A program made the position numbers and the translations under genes. DNA of 64,000 nt. It comes from an uncultured Bacteroidia bacterium. Its GTDB lineage: Bacteria > Bacteroidota > Bacteroidia > Bacteroidales > UBA932. Below are positions 33,183 to 47,368 of the stretch, piece after piece. The notes beneath the pieces were generated by a model. The model was not told the origin of the DNA. It ran no database searches and worked only from the letters and a program-made list of their open reading frames with translations. The stretch is from NCBI GenBank assembly GCA_902761655.1, contig CACWLD010000003.1:8448-72447 (forward strand). Reading direction: 5' to 3'. The first letter of the stretch is position 1. Every line of letters begins with the position of its first letter.

Positions 33183-33884
33183 CTAGCGGATGAACTCTTT
33201 CAGGAGCTTGTGCAGGAGTTCGCTTACATCGGCTGTCTCCTCCGGATGGGATGCGAGTGTAGGAACCTCTTTCACGAAATGGATCACGCGGTCTTCATTT
33301 CCGTCAATGACTGCGCAGAAGAGAACGTTGCCATACGGTGAACTGACGCTGTAGTTCTGGTAAGGGTTGGATATGCCCTTGATGCCAGTGATGGCCTCTA
33401 CCGCCTTGTCTATGATCTTGGAAGCCGCCTTCTCCACTTTTTCGCGCTGATAACCCTTGACGGTTTGCTCATAGCCATAGGAATAAATTACAATGCCATA
33501 GCGTAATCCGCTATTGTCCAGCATTTTACGGAGAGACTTCGGGACACGGAGACGGTCCGCCTTGGATGGATCCACATCCGGGAAGGTACGCATCCATTTC
33601 TGGATGTCGGAGTTGGCTCCGTCGTAATCCGCCTCTATCATATCGGAGAACGGGAAACGCTCGGAATTGATGAGATTGGTGATTATTTGAGTGGCTCCGT
33701 TTGAGGATTGTTCGTCATAGAAACCTTTGCCGTCGTCCCCGTAAAGGACAATGTATGAATACGGCTGCACAAAGGCAAACTCTGAAATGGAAGAAAGATT
33801 AGTGGTAGAACTAGTGTACCTTGATGGACCGCAGGCGGTCAGGAATAAGAGGGCTGCAAAGCTCGCAATCAGTCGAAGTTTCAT
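33183..33884 (-). CDS. hypothetical lipoprotein
   Basis: MKLRLIASFAALLFLTAC is a lipobox. I recognise no family. The start is set at the Met preceding the signal peptide. Confidence 0.5.
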   Translation of the reverse strand: MKLRLIASFAALLFLTACGPSRYTSSTTNLSSISEFAFVQPYSYIVLYGDDGKGFYDEQSSNGATQIITNLINSERFPFSDMIEADYDGANSDIQKWMRTFPDVDPSKADRLRVPKSLRKMLDNSGLRYGIVIYSYGYEQTVKGYQREKVEKAASKIIDKAVEAITGIKGISNPYQNYSVSSPYGNVLFCAVIDGNEDRVIHFVKEVPTLASHPEETADVSELLHKLLKEFIR

Positions 33885-33938
33885 ATCGGTAATATTATTC
33901 TTTAGGCAAAGATACGTTATCAAGGCATATTATACAAC

Positions 33939-34982
33939 TTATCTCTTGGAGATAAGACTGTAAAGGGATGACAGGCACAACGGTATGGCAATGCCGGCAG
34001 CGGCATAAGCGACCCACCAGACGCCTCCCAGGCCGGAAATGGTCATAAACTGGCTGATGCTGTCCGGTGGCAGTGAGCAGGCCTGGATTGCCAGGCAGGA
34101 CACCGGTTTGAAACACAATACGTGCAGGGCAAGGATGGGCATTGTATTGCATCCCACATAATCGAAAGCCTTGCCCATAATGGTGGTATCCAGGAGCCGG
34201 GACAGGCTCAGTGTGAACTGGATGCCTACCAAGGCTATTGCCATATACGCAAGGGTGTTCTTCACCCCAACCACATCTATGCTCCAGAACTCTTTTGTCA
34301 GGAAAGTCACAATAAGCAGCAGGACCAGTGACAGGACTACGGTCCAGATACTGTCAACCTTCCTGGGAATATCCCGGCACAACATCCCGCACATAAAGAA
34401 GAATCCGCCAAAGGCGGCCAGTACAAGCTGCCTCAGGACGGGGGTATCGGGCGGAAACAGCTTGATGACTAGGGTTGCCGCAAGGCATCCAAGAAGGAGT
34501 ATCAGCTTGGCGTATTTAGTTTTGCGAAGTATGTACAGGCCTATATCCAGGCTCACTGCCGCTATGAACAGGGACCGCACAAACCACATTGGCCCCAACA
34601 AAGGAGTAGGAGCGTTCATCTTGAGGAGCATCTCCGCAAACAATATTGAAAAGGACTTGAGGTCTCCGGCGTGCATTGCCCCGTCGGCATAGAAACCCCA
34701 CTTGATGAACAGGCTGTCAAACAACAGGAACAGGGTCCCGAAGATGACAAACGGAACATACAGGCGCTTCACCCTTTTTATAAGCCTTGTCTTCAATTCC
34801 GGCAACGAGGCCGTCCCCTTGTTGAAATAACCGGAAACAAAGAAGAACAACGGAACGTGGAACAGGAAGATGAACTTTGTGAGCAGGCCGTGCCCGTCAG
34901 TATGGCCAATCACCATAAGGATTATGCACAGGCCCTTGGCGATTGACAATACCGGATTATGCGAAGCCTTTTGCTCTCCCAT
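33939..34982 (-). CDS. acyltransferase family 3 membrane protein
   Basis: Polytopic. The N-terminal LSIAKGLCIILMVIGH...HVPLFFFVSGYF is typical of the Acyl_transf_3 family. Confidence 0.75.
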   Translation of the reverse strand: MGEQKASHNPVLSIAKGLCIILMVIGHTDGHGLLTKFIFLFHVPLFFFVSGYFNKGTASLPELKTRLIKRVKRLYVPFVIFGTLFLLFDSLFIKWGFYADGAMHAGDLKSFSILFAEMLLKMNAPTPLLGPMWFVRSLFIAAVSLDIGLYILRKTKYAKLILLLGCLAATLVIKLFPPDTPVLRQLVLAAFGGFFFMCGMLCRDIPRKVDSIWTVVLSLVLLLIVTFLTKEFWSIDVVGVKNTLAYMAIALVGIQFTLSLSRLLDTTIMGKAFDYVGCNTMPILALHVLCFKPVSCLAIQACSLPPDSISQFMTISGLGGVWWVAYAAAGIAIPLCLSSLYSLISKR

Positions 34983-34997
34983 TCAATTACAAGCGTA

Positions 34998-36335
34998 TCA
35001 TTTGCAGAGCATTATGTCCAGGATCATCCGGTCAGTGGTCTTCATTCCTGCAGACCCAATCTTCCCTACGTTCCGGATGGTCTTTTCAACGTCATCCTCA
35101 ATTATGCCATCGGTGGACGGGATGCAGGTTCCCCTCAATGCGAGTACTGCGGACTGAACTGCGCAGGACACGCCCGAAGCCACCTTCATAGCGCAGCCAA
35201 CCTTGGCCCCGTCGCAGACCATTCCCGTTATGTTCCCGGCCATATTCTGGATGGCCGCACATATCTCCTTAAGTCCTCCGCCCTCCAGATAGACTATTCC
35301 GCAGGCGGAGCCGGTGGAAGCCACCACGCATCCGCACAGGGCGGAAAGCTTCCCAAGGAAACTCTTTATGTGGATAGCCACCAGATTGCTGAGTATCAAA
35401 GCCCTGGCAAGGCGCTCATCATCCACCTCATACTTGATTGCATAAGCTATGATGGGCATACTCACGGTGATTCCCTGATTGCCGCTTCCGCTGTTGGACA
35501 AGGCAGGAAGGGTGCATCCAGCCATCCTGGCGTCAGAAGCGGCGGCAGTCATCCCCATTGCAAAACTCAGGAAATCGTCCCCGAAGACTTCCTGCTGGTT
35601 CTCCCGGATGGCCTTTCCAACTTTGAGGCCATAATCCCCGGCGAGGCCTTCCTTGGCAAGCGCCAGGTTGAGGGTCCTGTCTTCCAGAATGAACTGAATG
35701 TCCTGGTAAGGCATTTCAATGGCGAAGTCGTAGATTTCCTTGACGGAGAGGCCATAGTCTTTGGTGCCTATGTCTGCGCTGGCGGCGGCGGACTCGGAAC
35801 TCATAAGGATCCTGTCCGCGAAGCTTGTCTGAACTATGCAGTCGTGGTTGTCCTCTATTACGGCGGAAGCATAAGGGTTAAGCTCCGCGCTTGCGTGGGC
35901 TCCTTCCAGTGAAACCGTAGCCTTTACGTACAGAAGATGCTCTGTGTCAGCTACGCTCACGCAGACGGCTTTGGCTTCAACAAGCTGCTTTGCGCGGTCC
36001 ACATCCTGCGGAGAAGGGTTCTTGAGCACTTCCAGTCCCAGGGCAGATGCCCCGCACACCGCACCCAGTGCGGCGGCTATTGGGATTCCCACCATTCCTG
36101 TGCCGGGGATTCCCACCCCCATCCCGTTCTTGAGGATATTGGCGCTCACCTGGACGTCGATCTTGAAATCAGCGCGGCGGCGCCAGCCGTCCGGGCAGTC
36201 ACCGGGGCAGTTTTCCATTATGATTTCAGTGGCCTTAGCAACGGCCAGGGCCACGGCTATGGGTTCCGTACAGCCCAACGCGGGCTTTACTTCTGAATGT
36301 ATCAGGTCTATTATTTCCCTTTGTCTGGGAGTCAT
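34998..36335 (-). CDS. UPF0597/YhaM(CyuA)-like protein (serine dehydratase alpha-chain-like, putative L-cysteine desulfidase family)
   Basis: MTPRQREIIDLIHSEVKPALGCTEPIAVALAVAKA...NSGSGNQGITV...MVCDGAKVGCAMK. The start is set at MTPRQ. The tracked N-terminal extension looks non-coding. Confidence 0.7.
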   Translation of the reverse strand: MTPRQREIIDLIHSEVKPALGCTEPIAVALAVAKATEIIMENCPGDCPDGWRRRADFKIDVQVSANILKNGMGVGIPGTGMVGIPIAAALGAVCGASALGLEVLKNPSPQDVDRAKQLVEAKAVCVSVADTEHLLYVKATVSLEGAHASAELNPYASAVIEDNHDCIVQTSFADRILMSSESAAASADIGTKDYGLSVKEIYDFAIEMPYQDIQFILEDRTLNLALAKEGLAGDYGLKVGKAIRENQQEVFGDDFLSFAMGMTAAASDARMAGCTLPALSNSGSGNQGITVSMPIIAYAIKYEVDDERLARALILSNLVAIHIKSFLGKLSALCGCVVASTGSACGIVYLEGGGLKEICAAIQNMAGNITGMVCDGAKVGCAMKVASGVSCAVQSAVLALRGTCIPSTDGIIEDDVEKTIRNVGKIGSAGMKTTDRMILDIMLCK

Positions 36336-36444
36336 ATGGGCAGAAATGTGGTTATCAATAATTTCGGTAAATTTACAAAAAGGAAAAGGAACAAAAAAGG
36401 AGATTATTCCGTATATTTGAACAACATCGGAATCCTGTTTCACT

Positions 36445-37413
36445 ATGAAGAGAAGAAAATTCTTGCGGATTGCAGCGCTCAGCCCTGTTGCGGCCGCCAT
36501 CCTTAATCCTTTGAACCTTCTCAGAGGCCAGATACCACCAACCAGGCCTCAAGGCGCACCGGCCGGAGGCTTCCCCCAGAGAAGCCAGGGACCAACTGAA
36601 TATGTCCCAACCGGTCCTGGAATAAAGATCAGGTTTATGGGAACCGGAGGAGCGGACTGGCGCGGCCAGCCAATTAACGGAGAGTACAGGAGGAACGCCA
36701 GCATCCTGGTGGACGGTAAGGTGATCTTTGACCTTACCCAGACTGCAGTGGATATGATTCCCTCTGACTGCCACCCGCAGGTGATCTTCTACACCCATTC
36801 CCATAATGACCATTATGTTCCAAAGGCGGCTTTGGATGTTGGCATCAAGCGGGTATATCTTGGTGAAACCTGGATTGACAGGGCAAAGGAGGATTTCCGC
36901 AAGGCGGCGGAAGGAACCGGCAAGCCGATTCCGGAGTTCATCCCCCTCAAAGAGGGAGAGAAGGTAGAAGTGGAAGGCCTCACAGTTACCGCACTGCCGG
37001 CCAACCACGCATCAAACTACAATGAGGAGCAGACCCTGATCTATCTTATCGAAAAGGAGTCCGCAAGGGTTCTCTACGCCACGGACACCGGCGGCCTTAC
37101 CGCCAGGGCCCTTGGCTTTGCGGGTGTAGGCCAGTTCTCCAGGGAAAGGAAAGTCCTCACCGGCATTATAATGGAGGCTACAATGGATGCTGACTATGCC
37201 CCTGACCAGCGCATTTTCTCCCATTCCAGCGTAGACCTGGTGGCAGAGACGGTAAAGGTCCTTTCAGAAGGACGCAAATATACTCCTGCCGCAGGGCAGA
37301 AGGTATATTTGACCCATCTGGGCAGGACATATCCGCCGCAGGCGCAGATTGATCCAACCCTGCCTGCTCCGCTCAGCGCGGCTTATGACGGGCTTGAAGT
37401 ACTCTTTCCCTAA
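36445..37413 (+). CDS. MBL-fold metallo-hydrolase with a twin-arginine signal
   Basis: MKRRKFLRIAALSPVAAA is Tat-like. YTHSHNDHY is the HxHxDH motif. Confidence 0.7.
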   Translation: MKRRKFLRIAALSPVAAAILNPLNLLRGQIPPTRPQGAPAGGFPQRSQGPTEYVPTGPGIKIRFMGTGGADWRGQPINGEYRRNASILVDGKVIFDLTQTAVDMIPSDCHPQVIFYTHSHNDHYVPKAALDVGIKRVYLGETWIDRAKEDFRKAAEGTGKPIPEFIPLKEGEKVEVEGLTVTALPANHASNYNEEQTLIYLIEKESARVLYATDTGGLTARALGFAGVGQFSRERKVLTGIIMEATMDADYAPDQRIFSHSSVDLVAETVKVLSEGRKYTPAAGQKVYLTHLGRTYPPQAQIDPTLPAPLSAAYDGLEVLFP

Positions 37414-37416
37414 AGT

Positions 37417-38481
37417 ATGACACAGAAACAGAGAATTGTTTTCCTTGACTGGCTGCGCGCAGCCGCCTGCCTTATGGTGATGCTGGTTCACGCCAGCGAA
37501 TGTGTCTACTCAGACGACTACTCGTTCTCTTTCCCCTCGGAACTGGCTCGCTGGAGCATTATGTTCATCCAGGGTTTCGTTCGTCCGGTGGCGGTGCCTC
37601 TGTTCCTGATGGCATCGGCATATCTCCTGGTGCCAGTCAAGACCGGCACCAGGGAGTTCCTGAAAAAACGCTTCGCGCGCGTAGGCATCCCCTTCGTGGT
37701 CTTCCTGTTCCTGTATGCTTTCCTGCCGGCGGTCTGGGGAGAGTTCTCCTGGGCACAGGCCTGGGCCAACGTCAAGCAGGCCGGCATCAATTTCATCCCG
37801 CGCGAGTCGCACCTTTGGTTCGTGTATATGATGCTGGGGCTGTATCTGGTTATGCCAGTAATATCGCCGTGGCTGGCCAAGGTTGGCCGTAAAGAGGAAT
37901 TGTTCTTCCTGGGAATCTGGGCCTTCACCCTGTGTTTCTATATCTTCAGGGAACTGTGGGGACCGGTCTTTGGGGAATGCTGGTGGAATCCCTACCCGCT
38001 GTTCTATTATGTTTCAGGCTTTATAGGCTATATTATATTGGGGCACTATATCCGCACTTATGTTCACTGGGACAAGCGGAAGACGCTTATGGTGTGCCTG
38101 CCTGTACTCATTGTATGCTATCTGTTTGGAATCTGGCAGTTTTACAGGCGCAGTTTCTCCGTTACAACTCCGGAAGAACTGGAAATGCACTGGCAGAATT
38201 ACACTATAGTGGCGGGGCTTATGAGCGCCAGTATCTTCTTGATGTTCAGACTGATCCAAAAACAGGGAAGGTGTTATGGCCTTATCAGGAAAATATCAGG
38301 GGCCAGCTATGGAATGTATCTTATGCATATGTTCCTGCTTCCCGCCATCTTTGGTCTGCTTAATCCGCTCCTGCCTGTCCCGCTGACTATTATCTGCACC
38401 GCACTCCTTACATATTTCATCAGTTTTGCCATTTCATTCCTTATAGGAAATCTTCCGTTTGGGAAATACATTGTAGGCTAG
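37417..38481 (+). CDS. acyltransferase family 3 membrane protein
   Basis: RIVFLDWLRAAACLMVMLVHA...PLFLMASAYLL. About 10 TM helices. Confidence 0.75.
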   Translation: MTQKQRIVFLDWLRAAACLMVMLVHASECVYSDDYSFSFPSELARWSIMFIQGFVRPVAVPLFLMASAYLLVPVKTGTREFLKKRFARVGIPFVVFLFLYAFLPAVWGEFSWAQAWANVKQAGINFIPRESHLWFVYMMLGLYLVMPVISPWLAKVGRKEELFFLGIWAFTLCFYIFRELWGPVFGECWWNPYPLFYYVSGFIGYIILGHYIRTYVHWDKRKTLMVCLPVLIVCYLFGIWQFYRRSFSVTTPEELEMHWQNYTIVAGLMSASIFLMFRLIQKQGRCYGLIRKISGASYGMYLMHMFLLPAIFGLLNPLLPVPLTIICTALLTYFISFAISFLIGNLPFGKYIVG

Positions 38482-38484
38482 CGG

Positions 38485-38516
38485 GGCTCTCCTAGAGCCA
38501 TTTTTTGCTTTTTTTG
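38485..38516 (+). terminator. terminator after the acyltransferase gene
   Basis: GGCTCT-cct-AGAGCC followed by ATTTTTTGCTTTTTTT. Confidence 0.6.
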
Positions 38517-38565
38517 GCGTTTTTTCGTATAATTACATTTTATTGCAAAAGCAAAGTGTAATTAG

Positions 38566-41034
38566 ATGAAAAAATTAATAACCGCAATATTCTTTTTCCT
38601 TTGCCTTGGCCTGACGGCAAAGGCCCAGATTCTTCAAAGCGCGACCCCGGAGGCTGACTCGCTTGCTTTTGCCAAAGTCAGGGAACGTATGGATTCCATA
38701 CGGCAGTACCGCCCTACGGTGGGCCTGGTGCTTGCCGGAGGCGGCGCACGCGGCCTGGCCCACCTGGGCGTAATCAAATATATCGAAGAGCTGGGCATCC
38801 CGGTAGATCTGGTCACCGGTACCAGTATGGGCGGCCTCATAGGAGGCCTCTACGCAATGGGATACAAGCACGACCAGCTTGACTCCCTGGTCCGCGACAT
38901 TGACTGGCCGGTAATGATGTCTGACAATATTCCGGACTCTTATGTAGGCTATAAGATCAAGAAATACCGCGAAAAGTTTGTCATACGTATCCCGCACCAC
39001 TATGACAACGAAGACATCAAGAGACGCCTGGAGCAGGAGAAACTTCTGGAAAAGATGTCCGAGGAAGCAGGCGTCGGTACCGCCGATATGCTTCAGGAAT
39101 CCTTGAACAAGATGGGTCTGGGAATGCCTGACGGCTATCTGTACGGCCTCAACGTCCGCAATATGCTCAGTTCCGTGAGCGTTGGGTATCAGGACAGCAT
39201 CAGCTTTGCCAACCTGCCCATCCCCTATGCCAACGTGGCCACTGACCTGTACACAATGACCCCAAAATACTGGACTGACGGAAGCATTACCACCGCCCTT
39301 CGTTCCACTATGGCCATCCCGTTCTATTTCAGGGCGGTACGCGGCGGCGGAGAGATCCTCCTTGACGGAGGAATGCGCAACAACTTCCCAGTTGACATAG
39401 CCAAGGAGATGGGGGCGGACATAGTGATAGGGTCCGATATGGCCATACACAGGGAGATCAACGAGCTCAACACCCCCGTCGATTTCCTGTTCCAGACCAT
39501 CACCCTCCTGGCCTCCGGCACAGCCGGGCCGGCTATGGAGATGCTGGATATGGACGTTCACCACGAACTCCCCGGCTACAATATGCTCTCTTTCGATGAC
39601 AAGAGCGTAGACGACATCATTGACCAGGGCTACCAGAACGCCCTTGACCACAAGGAGGAATTCGAGGCAATTGCCAAGAGGGTCGCCGGCAAGCCCGCGC
39701 CGCCCATCCATCACAACCCGCCCGCAGTAAACCTCTCCCAGACCAGCGTCCTCGTTGACGACGTCAAGTTCATTGGCATCACTGAAGACGAGCGTCTGAG
39801 GGTGCTTCACAAGAAAGATTATCCTGCCGACGGAATATATGACAGGGCAATCATAGAGCGGATGCTGAACAGGATATACGGCACCAACGCGTTCGAATCC
39901 GTAACATACCGTCTTGAAGGCCATCAGGAACCATATACCCTTGTATTCGACTGCCAGAAAGGACCGGTAAACGACCTTGCCGTCGGCCTCCGTGCGGACA
40001 CTGACGAGACCGTGGCCGTAGCGCTGCATTACGGCCTGGGCACACGCAGGCTTTCCGGCCCGCGGTTGACAGCCGACCTCAAACTGGGGACAAACCCCTC
40101 CCTTGCAGTGGAAGGGCTCCTTAAATCTCGCATCGGGCTCCCGTCTTTGGGCTTTACTTTCCGCAACAGGCTGCTGAACAGTTCATCCGGATGGCAGGCC
40201 GATCAAGAAGACAGGCTTTTCTCTACGGCCATAGACTTGTTCGTGGAGGACTCCAGGATGCTCTTCGGTTCAATGAGGGCTGGATTGACAGCGGAAATGG
40301 ACCCATATGAGAGATATCTTACATATGACCGTATGTGGAACGGGTGGGATTGGAAGAGTTATTGGCTGTCCGCCTTCGCAGATTTAAAGTATGACACTTT
40401 TGACGACGGATACTTCCCTACCAAAGGTTTCCGCTTCTCTCTGGACGGACGTTACGTTTTCAAAGGCTATTCCATTGACTTAGACAAAGACGCCTATTAT
40501 CACGATGAGGGGGACACCTTGACAGAAGGCGGTATCGTTCCCAATTACTTTTCAACGGCCGGATCACTGGAGGCGGCTTTCTCATTGGGCAAGAATTTCA
40601 CCATCCTTCCATCGTTGAGGATGGGCTTCTATCTTACAAAAGGCTTCTATAAGAATTACGTAGACGCTCCCGCACCGGAAGTTCTAATGAACCCCAAGCA
40701 CGTAGTCACCTTCGGCGGGTTTATGGCCAACCGCTACACGGAGCGCCAAATGCCTTTCTTCGGCCACCCTTCGGCTTATAGGAATGCGCTCCCTATATCC
40801 GCAATAGGCCAGCTTGACCTGAGGTATCGTTTCCTGCGCAAGAACTATGTCACGCTCAGGGGCGGCTTTATTGCAGACACCTATTTTTTCAAAGACCTTT
40901 TAACCGCATACCCTCTATGGGCTGTGGGCACCGAATACTCACGCCAGACAATGGTTGGACCTTTCAGGTTGGCGCTACAGTGGGAAAGCGTAGATGGCTT
41001 GAGCCTCTACGCCTCCATCGGATTTGATTTCTAA
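38566..41034 (+). CDS. patatin-like phospholipase fused to an Omp85/BamA-like beta-barrel (PlpD-like)
   Basis: [17 protein letters not shown] (oxyanion), GTSMGG (GxSxG) and [12 protein letters not shown] (catalytic Asp). The long C-terminal part is beta-rich and ends in ...YASIGFDF. Confidence 0.8.
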   Translation: MKKLITAIFFFLCLGLTAKAQILQSATPEADSLAFAKVRERMDSIRQYRPTVGLVLAGGGARGLAHLGVIKYIEELGIPVDLVTGTSMGGLIGGLYAMGYKHDQLDSLVRDIDWPVMMSDNIPDSYVGYKIKKYREKFVIRIPHHYDNEDIKRRLEQEKLLEKMSEEAGVGTADMLQESLNKMGLGMPDGYLYGLNVRNMLSSVSVGYQDSISFANLPIPYANVATDLYTMTPKYWTDGSITTALRSTMAIPFYFRAVRGGGEILLDGGMRNNFPVDIAKEMGADIVIGSDMAIHREINELNTPVDFLFQTITLLASGTAGPAMEMLDMDVHHELPGYNMLSFDDKSVDDIIDQGYQNALDHKEEFEAIAKRVAGKPAPPIHHNPPAVNLSQTSVLVDDVKFIGITEDERLRVLHKKDYPADGIYDRAIIERMLNRIYGTNAFESVTYRLEGHQEPYTLVFDCQKGPVNDLAVGLRADTDETVAVALHYGLGTRRLSGPRLTADLKLGTNPSLAVEGLLKSRIGLPSLGFTFRNRLLNSSSGWQADQEDRLFSTAIDLFVEDSRMLFGSMRAGLTAEMDPYERYLTYDRMWNGWDWKSYWLSAFADLKYDTFDDGYFPTKGFRFSLDGRYVFKGYSIDLDKDAYYHDEGDTLTEGGIVPNYFSTAGSLEAAFSLGKNFTILPSLRMGFYLTKGFYKNYVDAPAPEVLMNPKHVVTFGGFMANRYTERQMPFFGHPSAYRNALPISAIGQLDLRYRFLRKNYVTLRGGFIADTYFFKDLLTAYPLWAVGTEYSRQTMVGPFRLALQWESVDGLSLYASIGFDF

Positions 41035-41043
41035 AACTTCTGT

Positions 41044-44797
<3,754 letters not shown>

Positions 44798-44806
44798 CAT
44801 ATAGCA

Positions 44807-45703
44807 ATGAAATTATATCTGAAATCTGCTATTGTTACAGCCGCGATATCCCTCCTGGCCCTGTCCGGCTGTAACAATTCCACAAAAACCATAAATACGG
44901 AGACCTTCACCTTTGACGACTCCGCCAAATACGCCGACGTTTCCATCAAAGCGGAACTGCCGGTTTCCTCCAAGGGTGTTTCAGGAGCCATTCGCAAGGG
45001 CCTTATTGACATAATGGACGGCCAGCTTGCCTTCATTGGCTCCTACGAGGGAGAGCGCCTTTTCCCCGCCTATGACGGCAACCCGGACCAGAACGCCGCA
45101 GTAGTGGATTACTACCGCCGCAACGCAATTGATATGCTGGATTCAAATGCCGCCAGTGACTACGAGGAGCGGGCAAAGTACATCCAGGAAGACGAAGACT
45201 TCACCGACGAGCAGAAAAAGGAGATGCTGGAGGACTTCCCCCGCTGGGAGTATGACTTCACCCTTGAAAAGCAATACGAGACCGACAGGTACGTTGTCTT
45301 CAACTCCACTGATTACGTATATCTTGGAGGAGCCCACGGCGGAATAACAGGACAGGGCTCCCCAACCTTTGACAAGAAGGACGGCCACAGGGTGGAGAAG
45401 TTCCTCAAGGACGACTCCCTGCAGCAGATGCAGACGCTTCTGGCCGCCGGGCTGGTAGACTATTTCTCTGACGAAGACGGCTCCGTCAATGCCGGGAACG
45501 TGCGAGATTACCTGTTCCTGGATGACGAGACCATCCCCTTCCCCGTATGGGCCCCGCACCCAACGGAGGATGGTCTCTGCTTTGTATACCAGCAATATGA
45601 GATAGCCGCTTATGCTATGGGAATGCCTTCATTTACAATTCCTTACGAGGCTGTGAAGCCATACCTCACCCAGGAGGCCGCAGACTTGCTTGGCTTGAAA
45701 TAA
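44807..45703 (+). CDS. DUF3298/DUF4163-type lipoprotein (RsiV-like fold)
   Basis: Lipobox LLALSGC. YVYLGGAHGG is the hallmark of DUF3298 as I recall it. Confidence 0.6.
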   Translation: MKLYLKSAIVTAAISLLALSGCNNSTKTINTETFTFDDSAKYADVSIKAELPVSSKGVSGAIRKGLIDIMDGQLAFIGSYEGERLFPAYDGNPDQNAAVVDYYRRNAIDMLDSNAASDYEERAKYIQEDEDFTDEQKKEMLEDFPRWEYDFTLEKQYETDRYVVFNSTDYVYLGGAHGGITGQGSPTFDKKDGHRVEKFLKDDSLQQMQTLLAAGLVDYFSDEDGSVNAGNVRDYLFLDDETIPFPVWAPHPTEDGLCFVYQQYEIAAYAMGMPSFTIPYEAVKPYLTQEAADLLGLK

Positions 45704-45721
45704 CAATAATTACCGATACAT

Positions 45722-47353
45722 ATGAAAAGAACTGTCCTTTCCGTGGCGCTGAGCCTGCTTTGCGTGGCTTCGTTCGCCTGCACCAACCTTATCGTGGGCA
45801 AAAAAGCTTCCGTTGACGGAAGCGTGATCTGCACCTATAACTGCGACGGCTTCGGCTTCGCTTCACCCCTCTCCTACTACCCTGCCGGGAAACACGCTCC
45901 CGGAGAGATGGTGTCCCTAAGGGGAATGGGGCCAGGCGGAGAAGCCAGGCTTATACCGCAGGTAGAATACACATACGGCGTCGCCGGCCTTATGAACGAC
46001 CATCAGGTATCCATAGTGGAGACCACGTGGGACGGCCGCGAAGAACTTGTAAACCGAGAAGGATGGTTCGACTACTTCACGCTGATGGCAATAACCCTGC
46101 AGAGGGCTGCCACCGCCCGTGAGGCAATTGCCGTAATCGACCACCTTGTGCAGGAGTACGGCTACAACTCCACCGGAGAGAACCTCACCATCTGTGACAA
46201 GGACGAAGCGTGGATAATGGAAATCATAGGCAAGGGTCCCGGCAACAAGGGCGCCGTGTGGGTGGCTGTAAAGCTCCCTGACGATTGCGTAACCGCCTGG
46301 GCAAACTCCAGCCGCATCCGCAAGTTCCCCCAGACCAAGAAGATTGACAAGAAACTGGGATTCTATGTTGCCGAGGACTGTATGTACAGCGCAGAGTGCA
46401 TCTCCTTTGCCAAGCAGAAGGGCTATTACAGCGGCCCGGACGCGGATTTCAGCTGGCGCGAGGCCTACGGCCCGCTGGATTTCAGCGCAATCCGCTACTG
46501 CGAGGCCCGCGTATGGAGCTTCTACCGCCACCACTACGACACCGCGGAAATGGACAAGTACCTCCCCTACCTGTACGGCGACACCAGCGAATATGACGCC
46601 CTGCCCCTCTGGATCAAGCCTGACACCAAGCTTTCAGTGCGCGACATTATGAACGATATGCGCGACCATTACGAGGGCACAGCCCTTGATATGACCGCTG
46701 ACGTCAGCGCCGGCCCCTGGGCTTCGCCATACCGCAGCCAGCCAGTGAACTTCGAGTCCAGCGACGGCACCAAGATGTTCCGCGAGAGGCCAATCGGCTG
46801 CCAGCAGAGCGGAATGACAATGGTCTGCCATATGCGCGACTGGCTCCCTGACGTCCTTGGTGGAGTTACCTACTTCAATATGGACGATGCCTCAATGGTT
46901 GCCTACGTTCCCGTTTACTGCGGCATCAACCGCGTTCCGGAGCCGTTCCGCCGTGAGAACAACAGTATGCAGGAATTCAGCTTTGACAGCGCTTTCTGGA
47001 TGAACAACTTTGTGGCCAATATGGTATATCCGCGCTACAGCGCAATGATAGGAGACCTCAAGGAAGCCCAGAAAGAACTGGAAGACTTCTACGCCGAGGA
47101 TCAGAAAGAGGTTGAGCAGCGTGCCGCCACAATGCAGGCAGGCGACCTTGTAACCTACCTCACCGGAAAGACCGAAAGCTATACGGATATGATGATGAAG
47201 CGCTGGGAAAAGCTCTATAAACTGCTCATTATCAAGTATAACGACCAGACAATAGCCCGCGGAATGGGAGACCAGCCAAAGTACTCCCCCGTATTCATTG
47301 ACGCGGTAAAGGCCCAGACCGGCAACCGCTATGTAAAACCTGACCATAATTAA
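45722..47353 (+). CDS. C69-family dipeptidase
   Basis: The signal peptide ends at the nucleophile Cys: SFACTNLIVGKKASVDGSVICTYNCD. Length and blocks (ENLTICDKDEAWIMEI) fit peptidase C69. Confidence 0.85.
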   Translation: MKRTVLSVALSLLCVASFACTNLIVGKKASVDGSVICTYNCDGFGFASPLSYYPAGKHAPGEMVSLRGMGPGGEARLIPQVEYTYGVAGLMNDHQVSIVETTWDGREELVNREGWFDYFTLMAITLQRAATAREAIAVIDHLVQEYGYNSTGENLTICDKDEAWIMEIIGKGPGNKGAVWVAVKLPDDCVTAWANSSRIRKFPQTKKIDKKLGFYVAEDCMYSAECISFAKQKGYYSGPDADFSWREAYGPLDFSAIRYCEARVWSFYRHHYDTAEMDKYLPYLYGDTSEYDALPLWIKPDTKLSVRDIMNDMRDHYEGTALDMTADVSAGPWASPYRSQPVNFESSDGTKMFRERPIGCQQSGMTMVCHMRDWLPDVLGGVTYFNMDDASMVAYVPVYCGINRVPEPFRRENNSMQEFSFDSAFWMNNFVANMVYPRYSAMIGDLKEAQKELEDFYAEDQKEVEQRAATMQAGDLVTYLTGKTESYTDMMMKRWEKLYKLLIIKYNDQTIARGMGDQPKYSPVFIDAVKAQTGNRYVKPDHN

Positions 47354-47368
47354 CAACACAGTACAGAT

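Noticed and set aside
34959-35912. 317-aa plus-strand ORF
   Set aside because: It is antisense to the YhaM/CyuA-like gene, which has conserved GCTEPIA and NSGSGNQG blocks.
38520-38565. AATTACA..TGTAATT inverted repeat with a central TTGCAAAAGCAA palindrome upstream of the patatin gene, considered as a possible operator
   Set aside because: It is short and AT-rich, with no accompanying -7 box that I could place confidently. I could not separate it from chance.
38575-40029. 484-aa minus-strand ORF
   Set aside because: It is antisense to the patatin-Omp85 gene, which carries the GGGARG, GTSMGG and DGG motifs. The long open antisense frame is a GC-bias artefact.
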